From contig MU057744.1 of NCBI GenBank assembly GCA_013265495.1, positions 2,245,370 to 2,309,369 on the forward strand: a stretch of DNA of 64,000 nucleotides, in the 5' to 3' direction. A model generated the notes under the pieces. It made no database searches. It was not told where the DNA came from and saw nothing but the letters and a program-made list of their open reading frames with translations. Position 1 is the stretch's first letter. Each line of letters starts with the position of its first letter. Source of the stretch: Vicugna vicugna. Its lineage: Eukaryota. This document shows, piece after piece, positions 1-11,151 of this stretch. The translations under genes were made by a program, and so were the position numbers.

Positions 1-1163
1 TAGGGTCTCCCAGACTCACCTGCAGTGAGCAGGAAGGAGTTTATTAAAAATACAGATTCCTGGAGGCAGCTTCAGCATATCTATAAAAAGTGCTGACAGA
101 AGACATCCTCTTAAAAGGTTTCTGGGAGTCACAGTGCCTGAAGGATCTGCCTTCATGTGGCATCAACATGTTATAGGCTGTATGTGGACTGGATGATACA
201 GTTTAATAAAAATGGCATTTTATGCAGACATTACATAGGAGCCATGTTTGACATCAATTATCATTATTATTGTCATTGTTATTATTTGGATTGTGTGTGC
301 TCTAGGAAGACTGATGACAGCATCCAAACGTACAGGATTCAAATTCTAGGTGCATCTAGACACTGCCTTTGTAGGACACCCTCAAAGTGATTACTCCTTA
401 AGCCAAATTTTAAGAGTCATTGTAGCTAATAATCCAACATTTTTCAGAACTTTCTTCTGGTTGGCACGACTTCCCGCTTGGGCACGTCTCTTCCCCAGTG
501 CATTTTTAGTGCCACAAGAGGACTTGTCACTGAAGCCTCCACAAGTCTCCGCAGAGCCTAGCAAGGATGCCTATAAAACCAGAAGAAACTGCCAAATGGT
601 AAATCCTTAGGCTCAAGAATTTTGAAGTAACATGTTGTTTGATTTTGCTACAGAGCAATAATTTGGGGGACTAACAGGATATTTTCACACAATGTTATTT
701 CATTTAGAAGACAGAGTCCTGGCAAGTGCCACGTCTGCCCATCACCTTAGCCAGAATACAAAAGGGAAATAAAAGTTAGTAAGGATGCTCACCAGACAAT
801 CTAGCAGAGGGTACCCTGGAGGAACTTGACTTGGAAGACCCTGCGTTTAATTTTTGACTTTCAGTCACTGAAGGTAACTGATACTTGCCTGCAGTTGGCG
901 TATTGATCGTGGCACAAAACTATGCTTATTTCAAGCTGAAAAGCATGTGTCATCTTGGTACATGAAAGAGGACTGACAGAAACCCAGGAGTGAGTAATAA
1001 AAGAAGACTTAAGAAGGCAGAGCTCGTGTCTAAGTAACAAACATACCTGCATCGGGGATTTACCAACTTGGAGATAAAGCCAGGCTGAACTGCATTTAGG
1101 ACTGTATGCTTTTCCTTTGTAATTCAAAGCCCTTGCGCTCCTAATGGGGTTTTTATGTTTTAC

Positions 1164-1610
1164 TTTTATTTATTTATTTATTTATTTTGAATTGAAGAAC
1201 AGTCAGTTACAATGTGTCAATTTCTGGTGTGCAGCGCCGTGTCCCAGCCATGCATATATATACGTATATATTCGTTTTCATATCGTTTTTCATTAAAAGT
1301 TATTACAAGATGTTGAATATAGTTCCCTGTGCTATACAGAAGGAATTTAGTTCTTATCTATTTTTATATATAGTGGCTAACCTTTGCAGATCTCAAACTC
1401 CAAAATTTATCCCTTCCCACCTCCTTCCCCCAGGAACCCTAAAATTGTTTACTATGTCTGCGAGTCTGTTTCTGTTTTGTAGATGAGTTCATAGTGTCCT
1501 CTTTTTTCTTTTTTTTAGATTCCACATATGAGTGATATCATATAGTATTTTTCTTTCTCTTTCTGGCTTCCATCACTTAGAATGATGATCTCAGGTCCAC
1601 CCATGTTGCT
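1164..1610 (-). mobile_element. LINE-1 3' end (3' UTR and ORF2 tail), 5'-truncated
   Basis: (TTTA)n tail, then TTGAAGAACAGTCAGTTACAATGTG...TTAGATTCCACATATGAGTGATATCAT...CACTTAGAATGATGATC; collinear with the L1 copies at 38.5 kb and 51.7 kb. Confidence 0.9.
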
Positions 1611-3081
1611 TTTATAATTTTTTTCATAGTAAGCACCATTATTTAAATAATTTCTAGGTGAGCATAATTAATCACTAATCTTCTAACGGAAATCCCTGTT
1701 GAATCTGTAGAAGGCGGATGTAGCTCCTCAAAGTCTTGGTCAGAGAATGAACACCAGCAATAGCGTGGTTCCCACAACAGTGAACGCCCAGGAAGCTGCG
1801 TGGGCTCCTTTGACGCTGGGTGTTTTGATCTGAAGCCTCGTTACTTCTTCTTTATCATTAGGTAGCAAGTGTCCTTCATCCGAGTTTAATTAATCAGTTT
1901 TTAAATTAGTAGCTATCTAATATTTTTGACAGTTGAGGGAAACCGGGGGAGGGGAGGGGGTGACAGATACTGAGGTGCAGAATTGGTCATTCACCAATGA
2001 AGCCCATCCAACTGACACATTAGAGAAAAAGCTAAAAGAGGCAGGCATGCATTTGATTTTTTTTTAACCCCGCAGCTATAATGTGGAGTGAAGACAATCC
2101 TTTCTGCAGACGAACCCCGCAGTTAGTCATGACCATCCCATGCTGCCCTGCACCACTGAGCAGTCTCAGGAGGGTGTTACACAGTAGGGAATTAAGAGTA
2201 AAAGAACAGATGGTCTGTTTTGCCAAGACACGGTCTAACGCGTCATTGTATATGGCTCCAACCGACACGTTATCATGCACCAAAAATGTGGTTTCTTAGG
2301 GATGTTCGTTCGGGACTCTGAATCTGGTCAGTCTTTACATCAACGGTGGTTTATGTTGGAAACAAATAAGAAGAAAAATGAGAACCTACATTTTAAGCAC
2401 GAATCTGCAATATTCTCCTTATTTTACCAAGTGTACAGGACTCGTGGTGCATCCTGTGACCCATGTGCTCCGACTGCCCCGCTCTCACCCCCGGCAGGCA
2501 CGGCTGCTTGATGGCTCGACTCTTTTCCACCAAAGATTAGCATCGTTTTACCAGTCGTCCCCACGTGGTCCTCCAGTGGCCACTACCCACAGGGTAGACA
2601 GACCTAGTTTTCACTTTGACTTTACCGTCAGGTTTTCTTATGATGTTAGACCTGTCAAGAATCATTCAACTCGATTTTGGTGTTTCCCACCCATTTTTGT
2701 CCTCATTGGTACACTAGGTATTGAGAACACTGATCAGATAAACGTAGATGGAGCGGATACGTGAGCATGAACCTGACAGAATCCAGGGAGGGGGGAAGAC
2801 ACACCGCAGAGAGCCCACAGCACTCCAAGCCGCGTCTCTGGAAGATGATCCTCTGGGGGGAGGAGGCGGACCCCAGGGTGGATGGGAGGGGGGCACGGGC
2901 AGCAGTCTGCACGCCCTCCGAGCTGCAGCAGCGCAGTAATACTGGGAAGATTAGAACCAGGAAATGGCCCTGACTTTCCCTCGCTTCTCACCAGGAGACT
3001 AAAGCGTAAAGGGTGTGTGATGTCCATAATTCACAGTCTGGGGTCACCATGATTCCTGCTGCTCTTCATTCTCACCCTGAG

Positions 3082-4128
3082 TTTTTTTTTTTTTTTAACA
3101 TTTTTTATTGATTTATAATCATTTTACAATGTGCCAAATTCCAGTGTAGAGCACAATTTTTCAGTTATACATGAACATATATGTATACTCATTGTCACAT
3201 TTTTTCTCTGTGAGCTACTATAAGATCTTGTGTATATTTCCCTGTGCTATACAGTGTAATCTTGTTTATCTATTCTACAATTTTGAAATCCCGTCTATCC
3301 CTTCCCACCCTCCGCCCCCTTGGCAACCACAGGTTTGTATTCTATGTCTATGAGTCTGTTTCTGTTTTGTATTTATGCTTTGTTTGTTTGTTTGTTTGTT
3401 TTTAGATTCCACATATAAGCGATCTCCTATGGTATTTTTCTTTCTCTTCTGGCTTACTGCACTTAGAATGGCATTCTCCAGGAGCATCCATGTTGCTGCA
3501 AATGGCGTTATGTTGTCAGTTTTTATGGCTGAGTAGTATTCCATTGTATAAATATGCCACTTCTTCTTTATCCAGTCATCTGTTGATGGACACTTACGCT
3601 GTCTCCATGTCTTGATTATTGTAAATAGTGCTGCTATGAACATTGGGGTGCAGGTGTCATCCTGAAGTAGGGTTCCTTCTGGATATAAGCCCAGGAGCGG
3701 GATTCTTGGGTCATATGGTAAGTCTATTCCCAGTCTTTTGAGGAATCTCCATACTGTTTTCCACAGTGGCTGCACCAAACTGCATTCCCACCAGCAGTGT
3801 AGGAGGGTTCCCTTTTCTCCACAGCCTCTCCAGCATTTGTCGTTTGTGGATTTTCAAATGATGGCCATTCTGACTGGTGTGAGGTGATACCTCGTTGTAG
3901 TTTTGATTTGCATTTCTCTGATAATTAGTGATATTGAGCATTTTTTCACGTGCCTATTGATCATTTGTACGTCTTCCTTGGAGAATTGCTTGTTTAGGTC
4001 TTTTGCCCATCTTTGGATTGGGTTGTTTGGTTGTTTCTTAGTAAGTTGTATGAGCTGCTTATATATTCTGGAGATCAAGCCTTTGTCGGTTTCATTTGCA
4101 AAAATCTTCTCCCATTCTGTAGGTTGTC
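3082..4128 (-). mobile_element. Young LINE-1, 5'-truncated (ORF2 C-terminal region, 3' UTR, polyA)
   Basis: PolyT at 3082. Minus-strand translations give L1 ORF2 C-terminal motifs ([68 protein letters not shown]). Confidence 0.97.
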
Positions 4129-4559
4129 ATTAGCTTTTAAATCAGCTCCTGGGAGCCCTGGTCGCTGGCTCAGGGTAGAACCCACCAGCAATGAGATCTC
4201 ACGAGTCTCCTCCACATTTGAGTCATGCTCACCCAACAGGCGAAAACAGTACTCACTGAACAGCACAGGAAGGAAATTTTACTGCAATGTAAGTTTCAGT
4301 GCATTCCAACTATAAATTCAGTCATGCAAGGACCAGGATATTAAGCTATCAAAAAGTAATCCATGAGCTAACTGCTGATTCTGTGTCCAGGGGGCTGGAT
4401 ATACCCTGAAAAATGTGTCTCAGAAGGGTTGTTTAGTATTATATAAGTACTTGGGTTGTGTGGTTTTTATATTTTTTTGTCTGTTTACTAAAACCATTGG
4501 TCCTCTAGTTAATTGCTCACCACACAGAGAGGCTTTCCAAGCTTCAAAAACAATAGAAT

Positions 4560-5157
4560 CGCTAGGCAGTTAGATAGAAATGAGCACTGAGCAGGGGGAG
4601 AGGAAGACGAAAGGAACCACCCAGGAAATAACAGTACGTCTGCACTCAGGTTAAGGCAGTCCAGAAACTTCTACTCTCTCTAAATGAGGATCGGCCAAAG
4701 CAGCCAGCTGACATCAACACGCTGCAGCTGCGCGTGAGGAAGGCCCCAGCATAACTTGACCCAATGCTCATTATAATGTAAGCAAGTTACAGTTTGAGCC
4801 CCCACCTCCCGCAGGCTGCTCTGCGTGGAGAACCTTCCCGGGGGGATGGGCGAGCCGGAGCACTGGAAACCTGAGCTGTCAGGCAGCCTGAGCACTCACA
4901 GAACCTGAGCCGTTAATCAATCACAAAAAACCGCCCCTAAGCCAGGAGATGAGACGGAAACACAAAGGAGCGGCGCCATTTTTTCTCTCTTGGATGGGCC
5001 GGCTCCCGGGTCTCGGGGACGTACCATCTTTTACTGCCTTTTTACTTCACTCATAAAAATCTTGCTTATATCACGCTTTCTGTCTCTCATTAAAAAAAAT
5101 TTTTTTTTCGGGTAACTAAGAACCGAGGTAATTCTTATTTCCCTTTCCCCAGTAACA
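4560..5157 (+). mobile_element. Solo LTR of an endogenous retrovirus (probably class I/ERV1)
   Basis: About 600 bp, ends in ...CAGTAACA and starts CGCTAGG (degraded TG end). Flanked by a 4-bp duplication GAAT (4556-4559 / 5158-5161). Degenerate polyA-signal region near 5050-5095 and U5-like end. Confidence 0.75.
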
Positions 5158-5640
5158 GAATTACGTTGTTTCATCAAAATTTGGGATGAGAATTGCATTA
5201 GGTTATACACTGACTATAAAAAAGACATTTTTAAAAGCATTCTCAGTAGGTGTGAGCCACTAGAAAACTGATTTAAAATTATATGAAGGCTTTTCCCAGA
5301 GTTACTGAAATCAATTAAGTGTTATATATAACCTAAAAAATAGGGTACAAAGCCTTCTCACTGAATTGCTGATGGCACAAAGCAGGGAGACTGAATTCAA
5401 GAAAAGCATGATTGGATCATGGACTGGAATTCTAAGCTGATGATTTTTAAGGCTTTGAGAATTCCCAGGTCTAGACCTCAAGAACCCAGATCTACTCTCA
5501 AGCCACCAGGAAACACACTCTTCAAATTCCCTGGCCTGTGATTCTCGTCTGTGGCTGCTCCAGTCTTCTGAGCGCACCTCTCATCAACCCAGGAAGCTGG
5601 AGAAGGGGCTCAAGGGATGTTTTATGTTTTGCCTATTAGC

Positions 5641-6870
5641 TTTTTTTTTTTTTGGTTAAGCAGCTCTATTGATGAGTAGTTGACATATAATAAGTTGCAC
5701 CTGTTAAGTCCAATTTGCTGCATTTTCACATAGATATACCATGTAAAACCATCAGGACAAATGACGAGCATCTCCGTCAGCACCAAGTCTCCACAGTCCT
5801 TCTGTGACCCCTCTCTCCCAACTACAGACCCCTACTCACTGGCAGCTCTGGTCTGCTTTCAGTTGTTATAGGTTAGCTTGCATCTTCCGGAGCTTTATGT
5901 GAAGGGAAGCACGAAACATGTGCTCTCTTTGCTCTGTCTTCTTAGCTCAGCATAATTATTTTAAGATTCATCTATGCTGTGGCATATATAAACAGTCCAT
6001 TCTTTTTGCATTACTGTGTAGTATTCCATTATTGGACATACCACTGTTTAACCATTCATCCGATGATGGACATTTGAACTGTTTCCAATTTGGGGCTATT
6101 ACAGAAAAGCTGCTACGAATGTTCATGCACAACATGTGAGCTTTCATTTCTCTTGGGTCAATACCTAAGAGTGAATGGCTGGATCACAGGGTGAGTGTAT
6201 GATTCACTTTCTAACAAAGTGCTAAACTGTCTTCCAAAGTAGACACACTGTTTTACATTCCAACCATTTTATATTCCAGAGCATGAGTTCCAGGTTCTCC
6301 ACATATTCCCCAAAACAGTATCCTCAGTCTTTCTGATTTATCCATTCTGAAAGGTGGTAGCAGTATCTTGTTGCGTTTTTTTCCTTTAATTAATTAATTT
6401 ATTTTTGTTGTTGCTACTGTTTTTTAATTGAAGTATGGTCAGTTTACAACATTGTGAGTGGTGGTTTTAATCTGTCTTCCTGATGAATAATGATGCTCAG
6501 CTTCTTTTCATGGCCTGATTGTCAGGAATGTATTTTCTTTGCTAATGTGTCCAAAAACTTGCCCAGCTCTTTATTTTTGTTTTCTTAGTGAGTTTTTAAA
6601 GTATTTTTAGTATATTTGAAATACACTCCCTGTGTATCCAGATGTGCAATTTGCAAATAGTTCCTCCTCGTCTGTGGCTTCTCTTTCCTTTCTCTTCACA
6701 GAGTCTTTTGAAAGAACAGTTTTAATTTTGACAAAGTCCAGCTTATCAATTAATATTTGTATAGATCATGCTTCTGGGGTCACATCTAAGAAATCTTTGC
6801 ATAACTCACGAGCACAAAGATTCTCTCTTTTCTAAAGTCTTACAGTTTCAGGTTTTACATTTAAGCCTAA
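5641..6870 (-). mobile_element. Ancient LINE-1 (L1MC/L1MD-like) 3' portion, with a small younger L1 tail nested at about 6380-6455
   Basis: Diagnostic L1M segments such as CTTAGCTCAGCATAATTATTTTAAGATTCATC, TAGTATTCCATT, GATGGACATTTGAACTGTTTCCAATTTGGGGCTATTAC; nested TTTTTAATTGAAGTATGGTCAGTTTACAACATTGTG. Confidence 0.88.
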
Positions 6871-7299
6871 GTTTCTTGTCTTTTTTTTTTTTTTTTTTCC
6901 TAAGGTCTATTTTGAGGAGCATTTGATTTTATCTCAATATATATAAAATTAAACTTAACCGCGGTAGCATCACCAAAGGAAAGCATGGTGGTTACTTAGG
7001 TGGCCAAAGTTAAAATCAGAGGTTGTGTGATAGAGAATGACTTGGGGATTGTTTTAAAATCCTATCTTTTTTCTTTTTTTTTTTTTGAGACCGTCAGCTA
7101 TACAGTCTCTGTATTTTTTTCCTACCCAGAGAACTGGAGAAAACCCCACGAGGCTGTGGTATTGGGGGTGCAGAGAATGTCCCGTGTCAGAAGGCCTAGA
7201 GAGTAGCTGCGTCCGGTCCCAGGGATTCAGAGCCTGAGCACGTGGAGAACAAGGGAAAAGCTGAGAGATGAACCTGGAGAGGCTGACGGAGATCGGCTT

Positions 7300-7570
7300 A
7301 CTGAAGCCCTCCTGAAGCATACCACGCATTCCTAAGTCCATCCTAAGAATGCAACAGAATGAATGCAACGTGTTCTAGTAGACAAGACGTTCAGAGACCA
7401 GTTAGGAACTGTGAAAGATCTGGGGCAGATGCATCACATAACGTGTCTGGGTGGAGGATGAGATTTACACCATGACCAAAGGCAAATAGTCAGGAATGCG
7501 AGGGTATGTTCACGACACGGTGAAGACAGCACACTTGGCGGTCAGTGGTTAGTCAGGAGAGGGAGGGGGT
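7300..7570 (-). mobile_element. Probable L2 LINE remnant
   Basis: Purine-rich degenerate sequence resembling antisense L2 3' region (GACCAAAGGCAAATAGTCAGGAATGCGAGGGTATGTTCACG); recognised by eye only. Confidence 0.4.
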
Positions 7571-9231
7571 GGGAGGGACTTTACTGGCACTCAGAGTAGC
7601 TCCTACTGCATCAGTAACAAAATTAAATACTGAGCCAATGTAACGCTTTGTGTGGAGAAATGTCAGACAGTTTCTTTAGTTTGATGATAATATGGTCCAT
7701 GGATTAAAAGAAATGCAGGTGACTTCCAAGGACATTTGGAGATAATGGCAGATATTGAATCAAAGCAATGCAGGATTGGGGTCAATCTGTGAAACCAGGA
7801 ATTGAAATCAGAACAAAAATCTCTTTATCTAGTTTTAAAGCCTCACAATTTATTTGCAGGCACTCATTAAGCCAACCTCATTTCTCAATTCTGCCTTATT
7901 TGTACATGATTGTCTCTTATGAGCCTAAAATAATATTTAGCCCTCAAAATGTTTTGAGATTTTAAATACCCTTTTTATAGCATTTTGTAAATATTTTCCA
8001 AATTATGCAAATCATTTCTGAATACATTTAGCATTGTTTCAACCCACATAATTTTGATGAAGCTTAGCATCTTAACTATAAAAACCACACCCACTCACTG
8101 ACTTATATCCTAGCCTTTTAACCATTTAATAGATTACTGACAATGAAATATTCAAATAAAATAAGTGAACATCTTCATGATTATCAGTATTTTTCCACAG
8201 AGGCAGAATGAAAACAGATCGATGCACATATATTTTCCCTTCCCTTTATGGAAAATATTCTTAGGAAACTGAGCTCCGTGATACAGAAATTATAGTCTAT
8301 GTGTTGATATCTGAGACTTGGTTTTGACGATTTGATCCAAAAATTGTTTTACAGAACCTACTATTGATTTTTCCCCTCTAAATTTTCTAAATGACCGTTA
8401 TTGTTTGCAAAATCGAAAAGCTACAGCACATCAATGAAACGGATGCTCAGATTCAAGGAAATCATCATCACCATGGGTTTAAAATTCATGAATGACAGCT
8501 CACTAACTGTACAGATAAATGCACCTCCTTCAGCACATTGAGTGTGTGTGTGTGTAGTGACTGAAGCTGGACTCCCTAAGATACGATGCACCATACCTTA
8601 GAAGCCCAGGAAGTCGTTTAGGAGATTGCTTGATACACAGCCTTGGAACATTCATCTGAGCACTGACTACGTCTTGGCGACATCGGGGTGAAAAGAAAAC
8701 ACGGCATCAGCTGCAGGAACTAAGCCTTTACGATCAGATTTCCATCACTTGCAAGTTGGATAAGATGGACGGAAAGAATTTTTCTTTCCAGCTTAAGTGA
8801 CACTTTAATCATTATCTTTCAAAGCTCACGGGGCAGTCTTTGGTGAAATATGTTTAAAAACTTATTCCATTTTTTTAGTATAACATTTATCTAACTTGAC
8901 TTTAATATTACCATATTTTTATTTTTATAATTTATGTAAAACAAAGTTTCACAGGCTAATAACTCCACACGAATCTTCTAGTTGTGTTATTAGTGATTCT
9001 GAATGCATCTCTCTTTCTTCCTGTTGGAAGTGTTTCCAGGACTGATTCTACGGAAGTGCAGCTGATTAAATCCCACTCCATGGGGCCAGAAAGAAACCAA
9101 AATCAAAGTAGGAGTCCACCATTCAGGCAGCGCTGCTTTCCTGATCCGTAAGCTTCACCCGTCACTGCACCCTGGAGCCACCTGGGGATGGCAGCTCACG
9201 CGCTGATGTAAGTCTTCCGAAGTGTTCTCTC

Positions 9232-9420
9232 TCTAGCAATGGCCTTCCACTCGCAGGTGATTCCAGTACACAGCCGGGATTGAGCGCTACTGTCAGACTG
9301 AACCCAGGAAGCAAACTCCTCAGCAGACCCAACGACATCCTGTCCGGGTATTCGGATTCCCCAACTCTAGGAGGGGCGCAGGAACCCGCCTTTCAGCCAG
9401 CGGGTCGTCCCGAGACAGGC
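9232..9420. mobile_element. Possible MER5-type (hAT-Charlie) fragments
   Basis: CAGGTGATTCCAGTACACAGCCGGGATTGAGCGCTACTG resembles a MER5 terminus; GATTCCCCAACTCTAGGAGGGGCGCAGGAACCCGCCTTT resembles MER5 internal sequence. Confidence 0.45.
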
Positions 9421-10720
9421 GGGCTGCAGGAGAGCGCGGGGCGGGACCAGAGAGACGCCGGCCCTTCCCAGAGGCCAGTGCTCCCCTCCTGGTGGCCGTT
9501 ACTGCAAAAGCCTAGCTGACTTCTTCGGGACCCTACTGGCCCCCGATGAACTTTAATTCTTCATACCTTTAAATAAATTAAAATCCTAAAGCTGGCACAT
9601 GTTAGGATGTCAATGTAAAACTTTGTCCCACAGTGATTCCAGGTCGTCAAAATCAACCTGCTCTCCCGAGAGAACCGGGAAACGGAACATTCCAGGCCAC
9701 CATCTCCCGGATTAATACAAGTAGTCAATCCGCTGTTTACTCCGGCATTACCGGCACCATATCCTATGGGAAGAAAAGAACTGCTCGTTCTGGGTGCTCA
9801 TGATGAAAAGTGAAACTGATTAAGTGCAGGATGTCTTGGTCTGGGGCCGAGACACAGCAAGAGAAATACTCGGTCTGGAATGGATGGACGCCGACGAGGA
9901 GGCGAGCCAGAAGTCGCACTCTGGCCACAGGGCCGAATACGGTAGGAGCTCCACCCGACCGCTCCCCCCGGCGACCACGCCGCCCGCCCGCCGAGGAGGC
10001 GGGCCCCACGCTCGGGGGAGGGCGGCGGGTCCTCGTCGGCCCCTCCCGGCGCCCCCCGCCCCGCCCCGCCCGGCTGAGCTCTGGCCGCGTGGTCCGCGCG
10101 CGCGGCGCAGGTACCCAGAGCATCCGCCGCGCGCCCAGGGCGCCGCACTTGTGTCCCTCGGCGTCTCCGGCGACAGCAGCGCCAGGCCCCCGGAGACGCC
10201 GCCTGCGACCACGGCCATCTGCCCGACCACCTTGTCGGCCTCAGACCCCCGCCGCCTCGGCCGAGCCCACGGAGGGCTCCCGGGTCCCTCGCCACGACCC
10301 GCCGACGCCCTCCTCCAGGCCCACCTCGTCTGTGCGCAGTTGACCGCTCAAGTCCCAGGCCCGCCTCCACCCCGGCACCACTGCCACCAAAGTCACTCGG
10401 AAGACGGCCGCCCAAAGCCGGGGGCTGCCCGTGGGCCCAGGCAGCCCCCCAGCACCCAGAGCGAGCCCGGGGGACGTGACCAGGGCGGTCAGGCAGCAGT
10501 GCAGAAAGCCCTCGGTCCCCGCCCCAGACGGCCTCTGGAGGCCCACCAGGTGCGCCCGCACCGGCCCGGAGGGTCGGCCGTCCCGCCTGGCGCCCGCGTC
10601 CACCTGGGCGCGGCCCACCTGCCCTGCCCGAGCCGCGCCGGGGGCCAGGCGCGCTCCCGGGGCTGCGCGCGCGCCGCTGGGCCATGGCCGCCCCGCTGAC
10701 CTTGAGCCACGGGGACCGTG
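9330..10720. promoter_or_regulatory. CpG island, promoter-like, no associated gene identified
   Basis: Very high GC and CpG density (core about 9880-10710); tandem Sp/KLF GC boxes CCCCGCCCCGCCCCGCCC at about 10054-10071; GCGCGCGC tracts at about 10096 and 10666. Confidence 0.85.
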
Positions 10721-10846
10721 GCCTCCAGGTGGCCCTTTGTGATTTTAATATCGTCATAATCTCTCACTATGAGAGAGCCCATGGCCTCGTGGGAGGGAGG
10801 TGATTATGAGCTCTGAGAATCAGCGAATAAAAATATGGCAAGAATC

Positions 10847-11151
10847 AAGAGAGCAAACTTAGGGGTACGAGGGAAGGTGGGCGGGAAGGGGTAAACTGGG
10901 GGCTGGAGACCTGCAGATACTGACTGCTGTGTATAAAATAGACAAATTTCCTCTGTGCAGCGCGGGGAACTGTATTCAGTACCTTGTGGCAACCTGTAAG
11001 AGGCGGAATATGAAGAGGAATATATGCATGCACGTGGGCGACGGAAACATGCTGAACACCCGGAACAGACACGGCCCTGTCAACGGGCTACACTTCAACT
11101 TAAAAAATTAAAAAGAACATTAGAAAATAAATCTTACACTACAAAAGAACA
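10847..11151 (+). mobile_element. LINE-1 3' UTR fragment with A-rich tail, strongly GC-shifted
   Basis: Collinear with the copy at 36079-36385 (GGGAAGGGGTAAACTGGGGGCTGGAGACCTGCAGATAC...CAGCGCGGGGAACTGTATTCAGTACCTTGT...CTACACTTCAA); candidate TSD AATAAAAATAYGGC at 10826 and 11152. Confidence 0.88.

Noticed and set aside
3275..4078. Protein-like ORFs (167, 76 and 74 aa)
   Set aside because: LINE-1 ORF2 C-terminal fragments of a truncated element, not a host gene
3070..4180. Short inverted similarity flanking the young L1 (TTCTCACCCTGAG vs CTCAGGGTAGAA)
   Set aside because: About 12 bp with a gap, compatible with chance; not a TSD, and no direct TSD could be identified for this element
9476..9508. 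CTCF-like sequence on the minus strand (TGCAGTAACGGCCACCAGGAGGGGAGCAC)
   Set aside because: Core does not align to the consensus without a gap or several mismatches
9798..10757. Long overlapping ORFs (291 aa plus, 319 aa minus and others) in CpG island 1
   Set aside because: Non-ATG starts, Pro/Arg/Gly/Ala-dominated, open in several frames on both strands as expected from stop-codon scarcity in very GC-rich DNA; no recognisable domain
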